From assembly GCA_963736785.1 (NCBI GenBank), contig CAVTQG010000031.1:15434-79433 (forward strand): DNA of 64,000 nt, in the 5' to 3' direction. Below, piece by piece: positions 10,352-17,954 of this stretch (position 1 is the stretch's first letter; each line of letters begins with the position of its first letter). The notes under the pieces were generated by a model. That model was not told where the DNA came from, did not search any database, and was given only the letters and a program-made list of their open reading frames with translations. A program made the position numbers and the translations under genes. This stretch comes from an uncultured Spirochaetota bacterium. Its GTDB lineage: Bacteria; Spirochaetota; Spirochaetia; SZUA-6; DRHE01.

Positions 10352-10720
10352 CTATTTCCTCCGTCGGATCAATTCCTCCAGGCGTTCGACCTCCTCAGCG
10401 CTCAGGTCCTTGCCGTGCAGCGCGACCAGGGCGGTCACCGCGTTTTGCACGGAATTGTCGAAGTAGGTGCTCAACAGCTGCCGCACCGCCGCCTGCATCG
10501 CCTTCCTGCGCGTTGCGACCGGGCTGTACAGGTATCTCTTTCCTTCCTGAACGTGGCTTAGGTGGCCCTTGCGCTCCAGGATGTTCACCGTGGCGCGCAC
10601 CGCGGAATAGCCCGGGGGATTGGGGATTCCTTTGAGGATTTCAGCCACCGAAGCCCGCGGCTTCCTGTGAAGGAACTCCACGATCTGCCGTTCCCGTCTG
10701 CTCAGACTGCTGTAAGACAT
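10352..10720 (-). CDS. BlaI/MecI/CopY-family transcriptional repressor (no BlaR1-type partner nearby)
   Basis: Intact 122-aa ORF. The N-terminal winged helix is LSRRERQIVEFLHRKPRASVAEILKGI..YSAVRATVNILERKGHLSH..GKRYLYSP, followed by a C-terminal dimerisation helix. Confidence 0.85.
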   Translation of the reverse strand: MSYSSLSRRERQIVEFLHRKPRASVAEILKGIPNPPGYSAVRATVNILERKGHLSHVQEGKRYLYSPVATRRKAMQAAVRQLLSTYFDNSVQNAVTALVALHGKDLSAEEVERLEELIRRRK

Positions 10721-10749
10721 TGCCGACTCCTGATGAAGTACATGCTATT

Positions 10750-10778
10750 TTTTAAGCACCTCAGGGGTGCTTTGTCAA
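10750..10778 (-). promoter_or_regulatory. sigma70-like promoter for the BlaI-family gene, with an inverted repeat filling the spacer
   Basis: Minus-sense TTGACA (10773-10778), a 17-nt spacer, then TTAAAA (10750-10755), then AGGAG and the ATG at 10720. The spacer holds the IR AAGCACC-5nt-GGTGCTT (10754-10772). Confidence 0.4.
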
Positions 10779-11806
10779 GTTTTCCCCAGTTTCAACGCCC
10801 TCCGGGCATTGGACCAGAACAGCCCGTCCTTCTGCTCCGGGCTGAGGCGGTGCCGGTCGCAGGCGTCCAGGATGGCCTTCATCTGCTCGTACAGGAACAA
10901 GGTGTAGGCGGCCTCCACCTCGGGGCTCTCGCGCTGCGTGTTCCAGGAGAAAGGCTCCCGGCAGAGGTTGCGGTACTCCCGCTCGGTCCAGGTCCGGCGT
11001 CCGTGCCAGAACAGGATGGGCATGTCCGTGCCGAACAGGATGCGTTCGGCGGATAGCCGGTCGAAGGCCAGCTCGTAGGTGGCGGGGTTGATCACCGCCG
11101 AGGTGTCGAAGTACAGGCCCTCCGCGTCAGGCCCCAACTGCCGCAGGCCTTCGCGCAGGTACCAGGGGCAGAAGGAACGGCCCAGGTGGGCCACGATGAC
11201 CACGACCCGCGGGTAGCGCTGCAGGATTTCCCGCAGCTCCCGGACGTTGTCCGGATCGGCGATGCGCTCCCGTCGGGGCAGGTGCAGCAGCACCGCCCGG
11301 CCGTGCCGGTCCAGGATTTCCAGCTGCCGCCGGGGCAGGAAGTCGAAGATGCTGAGCTCCGCCCCCTTCACCCCGCTCACCATGTCTCCGTAGGGCTTGA
11401 AGCCCACGAAGCCGCCCTCCAGCAGCTCGCGCTCGACTTCCTCCGGGTCCCACTCCGGGCGCACGGCCAGGAAGGGGCTAATCCGCCCCTCGGCGCGAGC
11501 GGCCGCCAGGTAGCGGTTGTTGGCGGCCAGGTCCGCCTCGCGGATGGGCCAGGGCATGCCGGCGATCGCGTAGCGCGCATCCGGGAATAGCTCCCGGGCA
11601 CAGGCGTAGGCGTCCTCCACCGGCAGGAGGTGCCCGCTTTCCAGCGCCCAGTCCGAGCGCCAGCGCTCCTCCGGCACCTTGTCCAGGTGTTCCGGAAGGT
11701 TCAGATGCACGTGCACGTCGAAGATCCGCGCCGGCAGCCGCGCCCGCAGGTGCTGTGCGTAGAACGCGTCGTCCAGCGGGGTCTTCTCGAAATAGGGTCG
11801 AGGCAT
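10775..11806 (-). CDS. amidohydrolase-2 (PF04909-like), paralog B
   Basis: Intact 343-aa ORF with motifs ..IFDVHVHLN.., ..LLHLPRRERIADPDN.., ..VIVAHLGRSF.., ..ILFGTDMPI... The RBS GAAGGAAGG precedes the ATG at 11806. Confidence 0.82.
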   Translation of the reverse strand: MPRPYFEKTPLDDAFYAQHLRARLPARIFDVHVHLNLPEHLDKVPEERWRSDWALESGHLLPVEDAYACARELFPDARYAIAGMPWPIREADLAANNRYLAAARAEGRISPFLAVRPEWDPEEVERELLEGGFVGFKPYGDMVSGVKGAELSIFDFLPRRQLEILDRHGRAVLLHLPRRERIADPDNVRELREILQRYPRVVVIVAHLGRSFCPWYLREGLRQLGPDAEGLYFDTSAVINPATYELAFDRLSAERILFGTDMPILFWHGRRTWTEREYRNLCREPFSWNTQRESPEVEAAYTLFLYEQMKAILDACDRHRLSPEQKDGLFWSNARRALKLGKT

Positions 11807-11818
11807 GACCGCCTTCCT

Positions 11819-12877
11819 TCAGGCCGCCGGCCCGCGGTAGCCGGCCCTTTCCAAAAGGCGGGCGGCGTTGCCGTAGAAGATGTCGCGCAAGTCCGCGGCC
11901 GAAAGTCCCACCCGCTCCGCGGCCCGCCGCAGCGCCAGCAGCTCCTCGTACATGAAGAAGGTCAGCCGCTGGGCCTCCGGCCCCTCGACCTCGCGCATGT
12001 TCCTGTCCCCGCTGACATCGCCGTACAGGCCGCGCGGGACCAGGTTGACGTAGACTCCGTTCTCGCAGATGCGCCGGGTGCGCAGGCGCAGGATGGGCAG
12101 GTCGCTGCCGAACAGGAAGCGCTTCGGCCCGACGGCGCGCAGCGCCTGCTCGAACACCCGGTCGTTGCAGTTGGCCGAGAAGTCGAAGACCAGGCGCCGG
12201 GTGTCCTTCAATACGTGAAAGGCGTCGCCCACGTCCTCGTCGCAGTAGGCCCGGCCCACGTGCGCCAGGACCAGCTGCAGGCGGGGGAAGTGCTGCTCGA
12301 TCTCCAGGACCTGGGCCAGGTTCACCGGGTCGCGCAGTCGGCCGTCGCGGGGCACGTGCAGCATCACGATCCAGCCGTGATGGTCCATGACCTCCAGCTG
12401 GTGCGGCGGCAGGAAATCGAAGATCCGGATTTCCTGGCGCGGCAGGTAGTCCGGGGCCAGGCTCAGGTAGCCCTTGATGCCCTGGAAGCCGCCTTCCAGC
12501 ACGCGGCGCTCCACCTCCTCGCCCGTCCACTGCGGGAGCGCGAACAACAGCGCAGGCAGGCCGTGGGCCCTGGCCGATTCGGCCACGTAGGCGTTGGCGG
12601 CCTCCGCCGACACCTCGTCGATGAGCCCCGCGAAGATGCAGGGGGTGACCGACTTTCCTGGAAACAGCAGCCGGTAGCATTCCAGGTGGTCCTCGATGGG
12701 GTTCTCGGGGGCCACCCGGTCCGGCCAGCTCACCACCCGGGATGGACCGGCGGCGCGGTGCTCGTGGCGGGCCAGCCAGACGTGGGTGTGGATATCGATG
12801 AGCTTGTCCGGCAGAAAATCGCGCAGCGAGCGCTCGTAGATCTCGCGGTCGGAATCCCGCACTTCGACCACCGCCAT
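11819..12877 (-). CDS. amidohydrolase-2 (PF04909-like), paralog C
   Basis: Real start is the internal ATG at 12877 (MAVVEVRDSDREIYERSL..) of ORF 11819-13255; the upstream 126 codons are an out-of-frame shadow. Motifs are ..LIDIHTHVW.., ..MLHVPRDGRLRDP.., ..LVLAHVGRAY.., ..FLFGSDLPI.. Confidence 0.82.
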   Translation of the reverse strand: MAVVEVRDSDREIYERSLRDFLPDKLIDIHTHVWLARHEHRAAGPSRVVSWPDRVAPENPIEDHLECYRLLFPGKSVTPCIFAGLIDEVSAEAANAYVAESARAHGLPALLFALPQWTGEEVERRVLEGGFQGIKGYLSLAPDYLPRQEIRIFDFLPPHQLEVMDHHGWIVMLHVPRDGRLRDPVNLAQVLEIEQHFPRLQLVLAHVGRAYCDEDVGDAFHVLKDTRRLVFDFSANCNDRVFEQALRAVGPKRFLFGSDLPILRLRTRRICENGVYVNLVPRGLYGDVSGDRNMREVEGPEAQRLTFFMYEELLALRRAAERVGLSAADLRDIFYGNAARLLERAGYRGPAA

Positions 12878-12882
12878 GGCCC

Positions 12883-13674
12883 TCACCCTTCCTTCTCGCT
12901 CACCGTCTGGATGCGGGCCCCCGCTTCGGCGTAGGCCCTCAGGTTTTCCCTGCTCAAACCCGGATCGGTGAACACCGCCTCCACCTGGTCGAAGCCGGCG
13001 TACCGCACGAAGGAGCTCTTGCCGAACTTGCTGGAGTCCGCCAGCACGTAGGCGCGGTCGGCGCGCTCCACCACGATCTGGTTCATCTTGGCGGTGCGCT
13101 CGTCGGTGGTCATGAACCCCGCGGCGAGGCTCACCGCGTCGGCGCCCAGGAAGGCCTTGTTCACGTGGAACATCTGCAGATTGGTCTCCGCCAGGGAGCC
13201 GCACACGTCCAGCCGCTCCACCCGGATTTCCCCGCCGATCAGGATCACCTTGCACCAGCGGGCGATGCTCTCCAGGTGGGTCACCGAGTTGGTCAGGACC
13301 ACCAGGTTGCGCAGGGTCCCGGTCTGGATGCGCAGGGAGAGGGTTTCAGCCAGCTTCAGCACCGTGGTGCCCGAGTCCAGAAAAATGCGCTCGCCGTCGC
13401 GCACCAGCTCCGCCGCGCGGACTCCGATCAGCTGCTTCTGGCGCTGTTGGTGGGCGGCCGAGGTCCGGAAGGAGTAGTCGTAGCCCAGCTGGGGGGCCAG
13501 CTGCACGCCCCCGTGTATCCGGATGACCTTGCCCTCCTCCTCCAGCTGGCTGAAGAATCGCCGGGCGGTGGCCTCCGAGATCGCCAGGCTGCGGGCCACG
13601 GACTGCACGTTCAGGCGCTTGTCGTGCTGCAGCATCTCCAGCAGCCGGATCGAACGCAGCTCATGTTTGTTCAT
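12883..13674 (-). CDS. DeoR-family transcriptional regulator
   Basis: This is the last 263 aa of ORF 12883-15402: MNKHELRSIRLLEMLQHDKRLNVQSVARSLAISEATARRFFSQLEEEGKV (HTH) followed by a DeoR C-terminal sugar-phosphate sensor domain (..IFLDSGTTV..VLTNS..AFLGADAV..). There is an ATGA overlap with the upstream kinase stop. Confidence 0.88.
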   Translation of the reverse strand: MNKHELRSIRLLEMLQHDKRLNVQSVARSLAISEATARRFFSQLEEEGKVIRIHGGVQLAPQLGYDYSFRTSAAHQQRQKQLIGVRAAELVRDGERIFLDSGTTVLKLAETLSLRIQTGTLRNLVVLTNSVTHLESIARWCKVILIGGEIRVERLDVCGSLAETNLQMFHVNKAFLGADAVSLAAGFMTTDERTAKMNQIVVERADRAYVLADSSKFGKSSFVRYAGFDQVEAVFTDPGLSRENLRAYAEAGARIQTVSEKEG

Positions 13675-15107
13675 GTCGCGTAGAGCTCCTCGTACTCGCG
13701 CACCGCGGCCGGTTCCGGCCGAATGCTGACGGCCTGCCCGCCCATGGCGGCGAAGGCCTCCTGCTCGCTGGCGTGCAGCCCGGCGCCCATCGCGGCCAGC
13801 ATGGCCGCGCCCACCGCGCCGGCGGTCTGCCCGTTCAACAGCGCCAGCTCCAGACCGCAGACCTCCGCCACGATGCGGGGCCAGACCGGGCTCTCGGCCG
13901 GGCCTCCGACCATGACCAGGCGCCGGGCCCGGATGCCGGCGGTGGTCAGCTCGCCCAGCTTGCGCCGGGTGACCAGGGCCGCCCCTTCCATCAGCGCCCG
14001 GGCCAGGTGCTCCCGGGGGTGGGCGCCCAGCGGGTCGCGCACCTCTTTCAGGAAATCGGTCGGGTCGCGGTACAGGTCCAGGCGCAACCCCCCCGCGCCG
14101 GCCGGACTGCGGGCGGCGGCGGCGTTGAACAGCTCGTACTTGCTCGCCGCCTCCTCCCCCGGCTGGAGCAGGAAGCGGTCCAGGTACTTCTCGATGGTCA
14201 CCCCGATGGCCGTGAGGGCCAGCATGCCCGCCCAGGGCCCGCGCGGGGAAAGGAACGGGTCGACCAGCAGCTTCTGGCGGACCGCCGTCTGCCTTTCGGG
14301 CAGCGGGTACAGCCCCACCCAGGAAGTGCCGCAGGAAAGCAACAGGTCGCCGGGCTCCAGCACGCCGGTGCCCCGCGCCGCCCCGGGGTGATCGAAGCAG
14401 CCCAGCACCACCAGGGCGCCGCGCGGCAGGCCCGTGTCGCGGGCGGCCTGCGCCGTGAGCCTGCCCAGAGCCTGGCCACAGGGGGCGAGCGCGGACAGCT
14501 GCCGCTCCCGCAGCCCCAGCAGCTCCAGGTAAGGCCGGTGCCAGGCGCCGGTTTGCTGGTTGTACAGGTAGAAGGTGGTCGCCGTGGAGGGGTCCATGCC
14601 CCACCGGCCGGACAGGCGGTACAGCAGCCAGTCCGTGTTCATGCCCACGTGGGCGGCCCGCCGCCAGGCCTCCGGCTCGTGCCGGCGCAGCCAGCCGAGC
14701 TGGGCCAGGGGGAACAGCTCGCTGTAGGACCAGCCGGCCACCTGCTGGAAGCCCTCCGGGTCGAAGCCCGGGAGCAGCTCGGCGGTCCGGCCCACCGAGC
14801 GGTTGTCCAGCCAGCTCAGGATGTTGGTCAGCGGCCGGCCTCGGCCGTCGGCCAGCAGAACATTGCCGCTGGCCGCGGCCATGGCCAGGGCGCGCACCCG
14901 CGAGCGGGGTGGGGAGTGGGAGCCCAGCTCCCGCAGCAGGCCGCAGACCGCGCGGTAATGCTCTTCCGGCTCCAGCTCCACCCGCCCGACTGAGGGCCGC
15001 AGCAGCCGGGTGGCGCGCCGGGCCGAGGCCAGCCTGGCCCCGTCGGCGGAAATCAGCACTCCCTTGACGGCGCTGGTGCCCACGTCCAGGCCGATCAGCA
15101 GGTCCAC
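13671..15107 (-). CDS. FGGY-family carbohydrate kinase (xylulokinase-like), copy 1
   Basis: Start is GTG at 15107 (VDLLIGLDVGTSAVKGVL..). The ORF is 478 aa and intact, with the FGGY signature regions ..GLDVGTS.., ..VVLGCFDHPGAARG.., ..LVMVGGPAESPVWPRIVAEV.. Confidence 0.85.
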   Translation of the reverse strand: MDLLIGLDVGTSAVKGVLISADGARLASARRATRLLRPSVGRVELEPEEHYRAVCGLLRELGSHSPPRSRVRALAMAAASGNVLLADGRGRPLTNILSWLDNRSVGRTAELLPGFDPEGFQQVAGWSYSELFPLAQLGWLRRHEPEAWRRAAHVGMNTDWLLYRLSGRWGMDPSTATTFYLYNQQTGAWHRPYLELLGLRERQLSALAPCGQALGRLTAQAARDTGLPRGALVVLGCFDHPGAARGTGVLEPGDLLLSCGTSWVGLYPLPERQTAVRQKLLVDPFLSPRGPWAGMLALTAIGVTIEKYLDRFLLQPGEEAASKYELFNAAAARSPAGAGGLRLDLYRDPTDFLKEVRDPLGAHPREHLARALMEGAALVTRRKLGELTTAGIRARRLVMVGGPAESPVWPRIVAEVCGLELALLNGQTAGAVGAAMLAAMGAGLHASEQEAFAAMGGQAVSIRPEPAAVREYEELYAT

Positions 15108-15118
15108 GGCCCGCCCGC

Positions 15119-16426
15119 CTAGGCCCGCTGGGCCTCGAAGCGGGCCAGCAGCTCGCGGAACAGGAGCGGCACCTTCTGCATCGCCTCCGGGGGCTCCACG
15201 TAGGCGATGCGCATCTGCGTACGCCCCGGGTTGGGGCCCTCTGCGTCGCGGTAGAACCCGGCCATGGGCGCGACCAGCAGCGTGTACCGGCGGCCCTCCA
15301 GCTCCACGGCCCCGTGCCGGGCGCAATACATAACGAAATCCTGGGCGTCGAAGCCCGGCTTGGCGACCTCCCGCACGTCCAGCACGGAATAGATGGAGGC
15401 ATCCGGCGTGGACACGATCAGCCCAGGCACCTGGCGGCTCAACTCACCGGTGATCCGGGCCAACAGGCCGCGGTAGTACTCCCGCTGCCGCTCGTACCAG
15501 GCGGCGAGGTCCGCCCGGCTCTCGCGGGCCAGCGCCCCGAAAATGTATTGGCCGATGGCGTTCGCGCAGAGGTTGGCGGTGTTCTCGGCCACCGCCCTGC
15601 GGTGGAACTCCTCGTTGTCCGTGACCAGAGCGCCGATGCGCAGGCCGCAGGCGTTCCACACCTTGGAGGAGGACTCCAGACCGATGCGCCGGCCTTCGAT
15701 GCCGGGCACCTCCTTGTCGGTCAGCCCCCAGACGCTCACCGTGCGGCCCTGGACGTAAAACAGCTCCCGGTAGGCCTCGTCGCTTACCAGCCAGAGGTTG
15801 TGCCGGACGCAAAGGGCGGCCAGCTCCCGGAGCTGCTCGCCGCTGTACATCTGGCCCGTGGGGTTGTCGTAGGGGATGACCAGCAGCGCACCGGGCTTGT
15901 GACGGCGGATCAGGCGCTCGATCTCCTCCGCGCGCGGCAGGGTGAAACGGCCGTCGGCCCCGAGGGTGCGGGTCATGGACACCGTGGCCCTGCCGGTCCG
16001 CCTGGCCATGGCCTCGTAGTTGGTGTAGGTGGGATCGATGACCAGCAGGGGACGCTTGCCGCTGCCCGCGGCGCCGCAGACCCCCAGCAGGATCAGCTCC
16101 ATGGCCTGCGAGCCCCCATCGGTGATCTGGGCGTGCAGCCGCTGGGTGGGGAAACCGCTGGAAGCGATGACGTTCAGGAAAGCCGCCTGAGTTTCCTCCA
16201 GCCCCACGGTGGGAGTGTATTTGACCACCCCGTCGTGGAAGGGGCTGTCCGCGTTGGTGAGCGCGGCCATCCGTCGGATCATGGCCGGGTGCATGGGCAG
16301 GCTGACGTTGCCGATGGCCACGTTGACCGCCTCCACCGGCTCGCCGCGTTTCATGAACTCGATCTGGGCCAGGCGGATGTCGGAAGGCTCCCGGTGCTGG
16401 AAATGCTCGGAAAGTATCGGATTCAT
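15119..16426 (-). CDS. PLP-dependent aminotransferase, class I/II
   Basis: Intact ORF with motifs ..YTPTVGLEE.., ..LLVIPYDNPTGQMYS.., ..LVSDEAYREL.., ..SSSKVWNACGLRIG.. (Lys). ATG at 16426 (MNPILSEHF..) is preferred because it has GAGG 6 nt upstream and a promoter just before it. The ORF-track start at 16456 is the alternative. Confidence 0.82.
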   Translation of the reverse strand: MNPILSEHFQHREPSDIRLAQIEFMKRGEPVEAVNVAIGNVSLPMHPAMIRRMAALTNADSPFHDGVVKYTPTVGLEETQAAFLNVIASSGFPTQRLHAQITDGGSQAMELILLGVCGAAGSGKRPLLVIDPTYTNYEAMARRTGRATVSMTRTLGADGRFTLPRAEEIERLIRRHKPGALLVIPYDNPTGQMYSGEQLRELAALCVRHNLWLVSDEAYRELFYVQGRTVSVWGLTDKEVPGIEGRRIGLESSSKVWNACGLRIGALVTDNEEFHRRAVAENTANLCANAIGQYIFGALARESRADLAAWYERQREYYRGLLARITGELSRQVPGLIVSTPDASIYSVLDVREVAKPGFDAQDFVMYCARHGAVELEGRRYTLLVAPMAGFYRDAEGPNPGRTQMRIAYVEPPEAMQKVPLLFRELLARFEAQRA

Positions 16427-16444
16427 GCCGGACCTCTGCCGCTC

Positions 16445-16473
16445 AACGTAGGCCATCGCCCTGAGCGTGTCAA
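16445..16473 (-). promoter_or_regulatory. candidate internal sigma70-like promoter ahead of the aminotransferase gene
   Basis: Minus-sense TTGACA (16468-16473), a 17-nt spacer, then TACGTT (16445-16450). It sits in the 28-nt gap after the ATPase gene. Confidence 0.35.
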
Positions 16474-16484
16474 GAAAAGCGCAC

Positions 16485-17192
16485 TCAGGAAGGCGGTTCG
16501 CCCGCGCGCCAGGCCAGCCAGGCGGCGCGGACCCTCTCCACCGAGTACAGCCCCCGTTCGCGGCAGCTCTCCAGGAAAGCGGCGATCTCCCCCTCCACGC
16601 GCCCGCGGGCCGGCGGCTCGCCCTCGCAGACCTGCCAGCGGCCGTCCAGCGCCCAGTGGATCTTCTGCATCCGCGGCCGGGGTTCCAGCCCGGTGCCGGC
16701 CAGGCGCAGCGGCAGGAAAATGCCGAAGGCCCGGAAACCCTCCTCCGTCGCCCCGCAGGCCCCGACCACCTGCTCGCGGGCTTCCTCCAGGGTGTCGGCG
16801 TGCAGGTTGGCCACGATGCGGCAGCCGGAAGCTCCCAGCTCGGTGAGGCGGCGCACCTCCGGGCCCCAGATGTAGGCGTCGTACGAGCCGGGGGAAAGCT
16901 CGTAAGACACCACGGTCTCCCCGGGCAGGGCGTCGCGCCAGCCGCCTCGAGCCAGGGTCAGCCGCACCCTCTGCCCCTCGGGAACCATGGCCAGAAGCGC
17001 GGCCATCACCGTGGTTTTCCCCGCGCCTCCCGGGCGGGCGCCGACCAGCCAGGAGCTGCCCTCCGCCACTCGTGCCACCAGCCAGGCGGCTTGAGCCAGG
17101 CTGAGGGTGCCCGCTTCCAGGAGGTCCACGACCGAAAGCATGCGGCCGCCCCGTTGGTTGGCGCCATTGAGGATCGAAAGGACCTGATCCAC
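16485..17192 (-). CDS. small P-loop ATPase resembling the core of VirB11/CpaF (T2SS-E family) secretion ATPases
   Basis: Intact 235-aa ORF with a GTG start after GAGG. The stretch LSVVDLLEAGTLSLAQAAWLVARVAEGSSWLVGARPGGAGKTTVMAALLAMVP has Walker A in the characteristic T2SSE context. ..CRIVANLHADTLEEAREQV resembles the His-box. There is no N-terminal domain and no secretion partner genes. Confidence 0.55.
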   Translation of the reverse strand: MDQVLSILNGANQRGGRMLSVVDLLEAGTLSLAQAAWLVARVAEGSSWLVGARPGGAGKTTVMAALLAMVPEGQRVRLTLARGGWRDALPGETVVSYELSPGSYDAYIWGPEVRRLTELGASGCRIVANLHADTLEEAREQVVGACGATEEGFRAFGIFLPLRLAGTGLEPRPRMQKIHWALDGRWQVCEGEPPARGRVEGEIAAFLESCRERGLYSVERVRAAWLAWRAGEPPS

Positions 17193-17200
17193 TCCCGACC

Positions 17201-17911
17201 TCAGCTTTCGGCCGGCAGCAGTTCCCGGAAGTCGTGGATCACCCGCCCGGGATTCCAGGAGCGCAGGAGTTGGTCGCTATAGTACGCGCGGTTGTGCTCT
17301 GGCAGGTACAGGGCCATTTCCACGCCGGCGGCGAGGGCGGCCTGGATGTCCTTGTCGCTGTCGCCGATGAACAGGGCCTCCTGCGCCTCGGCGCCGAGGC
17401 GTTCCAGGGCCACCAGCACGACTTCGGGGTCGGGCTTGGGGCGGCTCACGTCTTCGAATCCCAGGACCAGGTCCAGCAGAGGGCTCACGCCGTGCCGGGC
17501 CAGGGTAGGCAGCACGATGTCGCGCCGGCAGGCGGTGAGCAGGGCGGTGGTCCGGCCCAACCCCTTCAGCCGGGTGAGCACCTCCACGACGTGCGGGTTC
17601 AGCTGGACCTCCCCGGCGTGCTCCGACAGGTAGACGGCCATCTCCTCGACAAAAGGCCCAGGATCCGCCACCCCGAAGCGCGCCGGCCCGGACCAGTCGC
17701 TGAACAGCTCCCGCACGATGACCTCGTCGGAGGGGTGCAGGCCGCGCCTTCCCAACGCTGCCCGGTAGCCGGCCAGCCAATACGGCAGGGTATGGGCCAG
17801 GCAGCCGTCCCAATCGAAGAAATAGAAGCGAAAGAGGCTCAGCGCGGCGCGAAGCCCGCTATTCTCGGCGCGCAGCCCGCCATTGGCGTCGGCGGTTGGC
17901 CGCCCGCTCAT
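17201..17911 (-). CDS. HAD-superfamily hydrolase (phosphatase-like)
   Basis: Intact 236-aa ORF with motif I FDWDGCL, motif II ..ALLTAC.., and motifs III/IV ..KPDP.. and ..LFIGDSDKDI... Confidence 0.82.
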   Translation of the reverse strand: MSGRPTADANGGLRAENSGLRAALSLFRFYFFDWDGCLAHTLPYWLAGYRAALGRRGLHPSDEVIVRELFSDWSGPARFGVADPGPFVEEMAVYLSEHAGEVQLNPHVVEVLTRLKGLGRTTALLTACRRDIVLPTLARHGVSPLLDLVLGFEDVSRPKPDPEVVLVALERLGAEAQEALFIGDSDKDIQAALAAGVEMALYLPEHNRAYYSDQLLRSWNPGRVIHDFRELLPAES

Positions 17912-17954
17912 GACGATTTGCTCATTATAATCATTTTATGCTATACTCGGGCAC
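17912..17954. promoter_or_regulatory. AT-rich divergent promoter region between two convergently organised sugar-enzyme operons
   Basis: On the plus strand, TTGCTC (17918-17923), an 18-nt spacer, TATACT (17942-17947), then 7 nt to the ATG at 17955. On the minus strand, TATAAT (rc of 17924-17929), then 12 nt to the ATG at 17911. Neither side has an SD. Confidence 0.4.

Noticed and set aside
10754-10772. Hairpin AAGCACC-5nt-GGTGCTT after the amidohydrolase gene, considered as its rho-independent terminator.
   Set aside because: On the transcribed (minus) strand the stem is followed by an A-run, not a U-run. It fits better as an inverted repeat inside the spacer of the BlaI-family gene promoter.
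12883-15402. Single 839-aa ORF apparently fusing a large N-terminal region to the DeoR regulator. Similarly, 19607-22063 (818 aa) and 11819-13255 (478 aa).
   Set aside because: Only the C-terminal parts are protein-like (DeoR from 13674, isomerase from GTG 20663, amidohydrolase from 12877). The upstream portions are alternative frames of the neighbouring kinase, oxidoreductase and DeoR genes.
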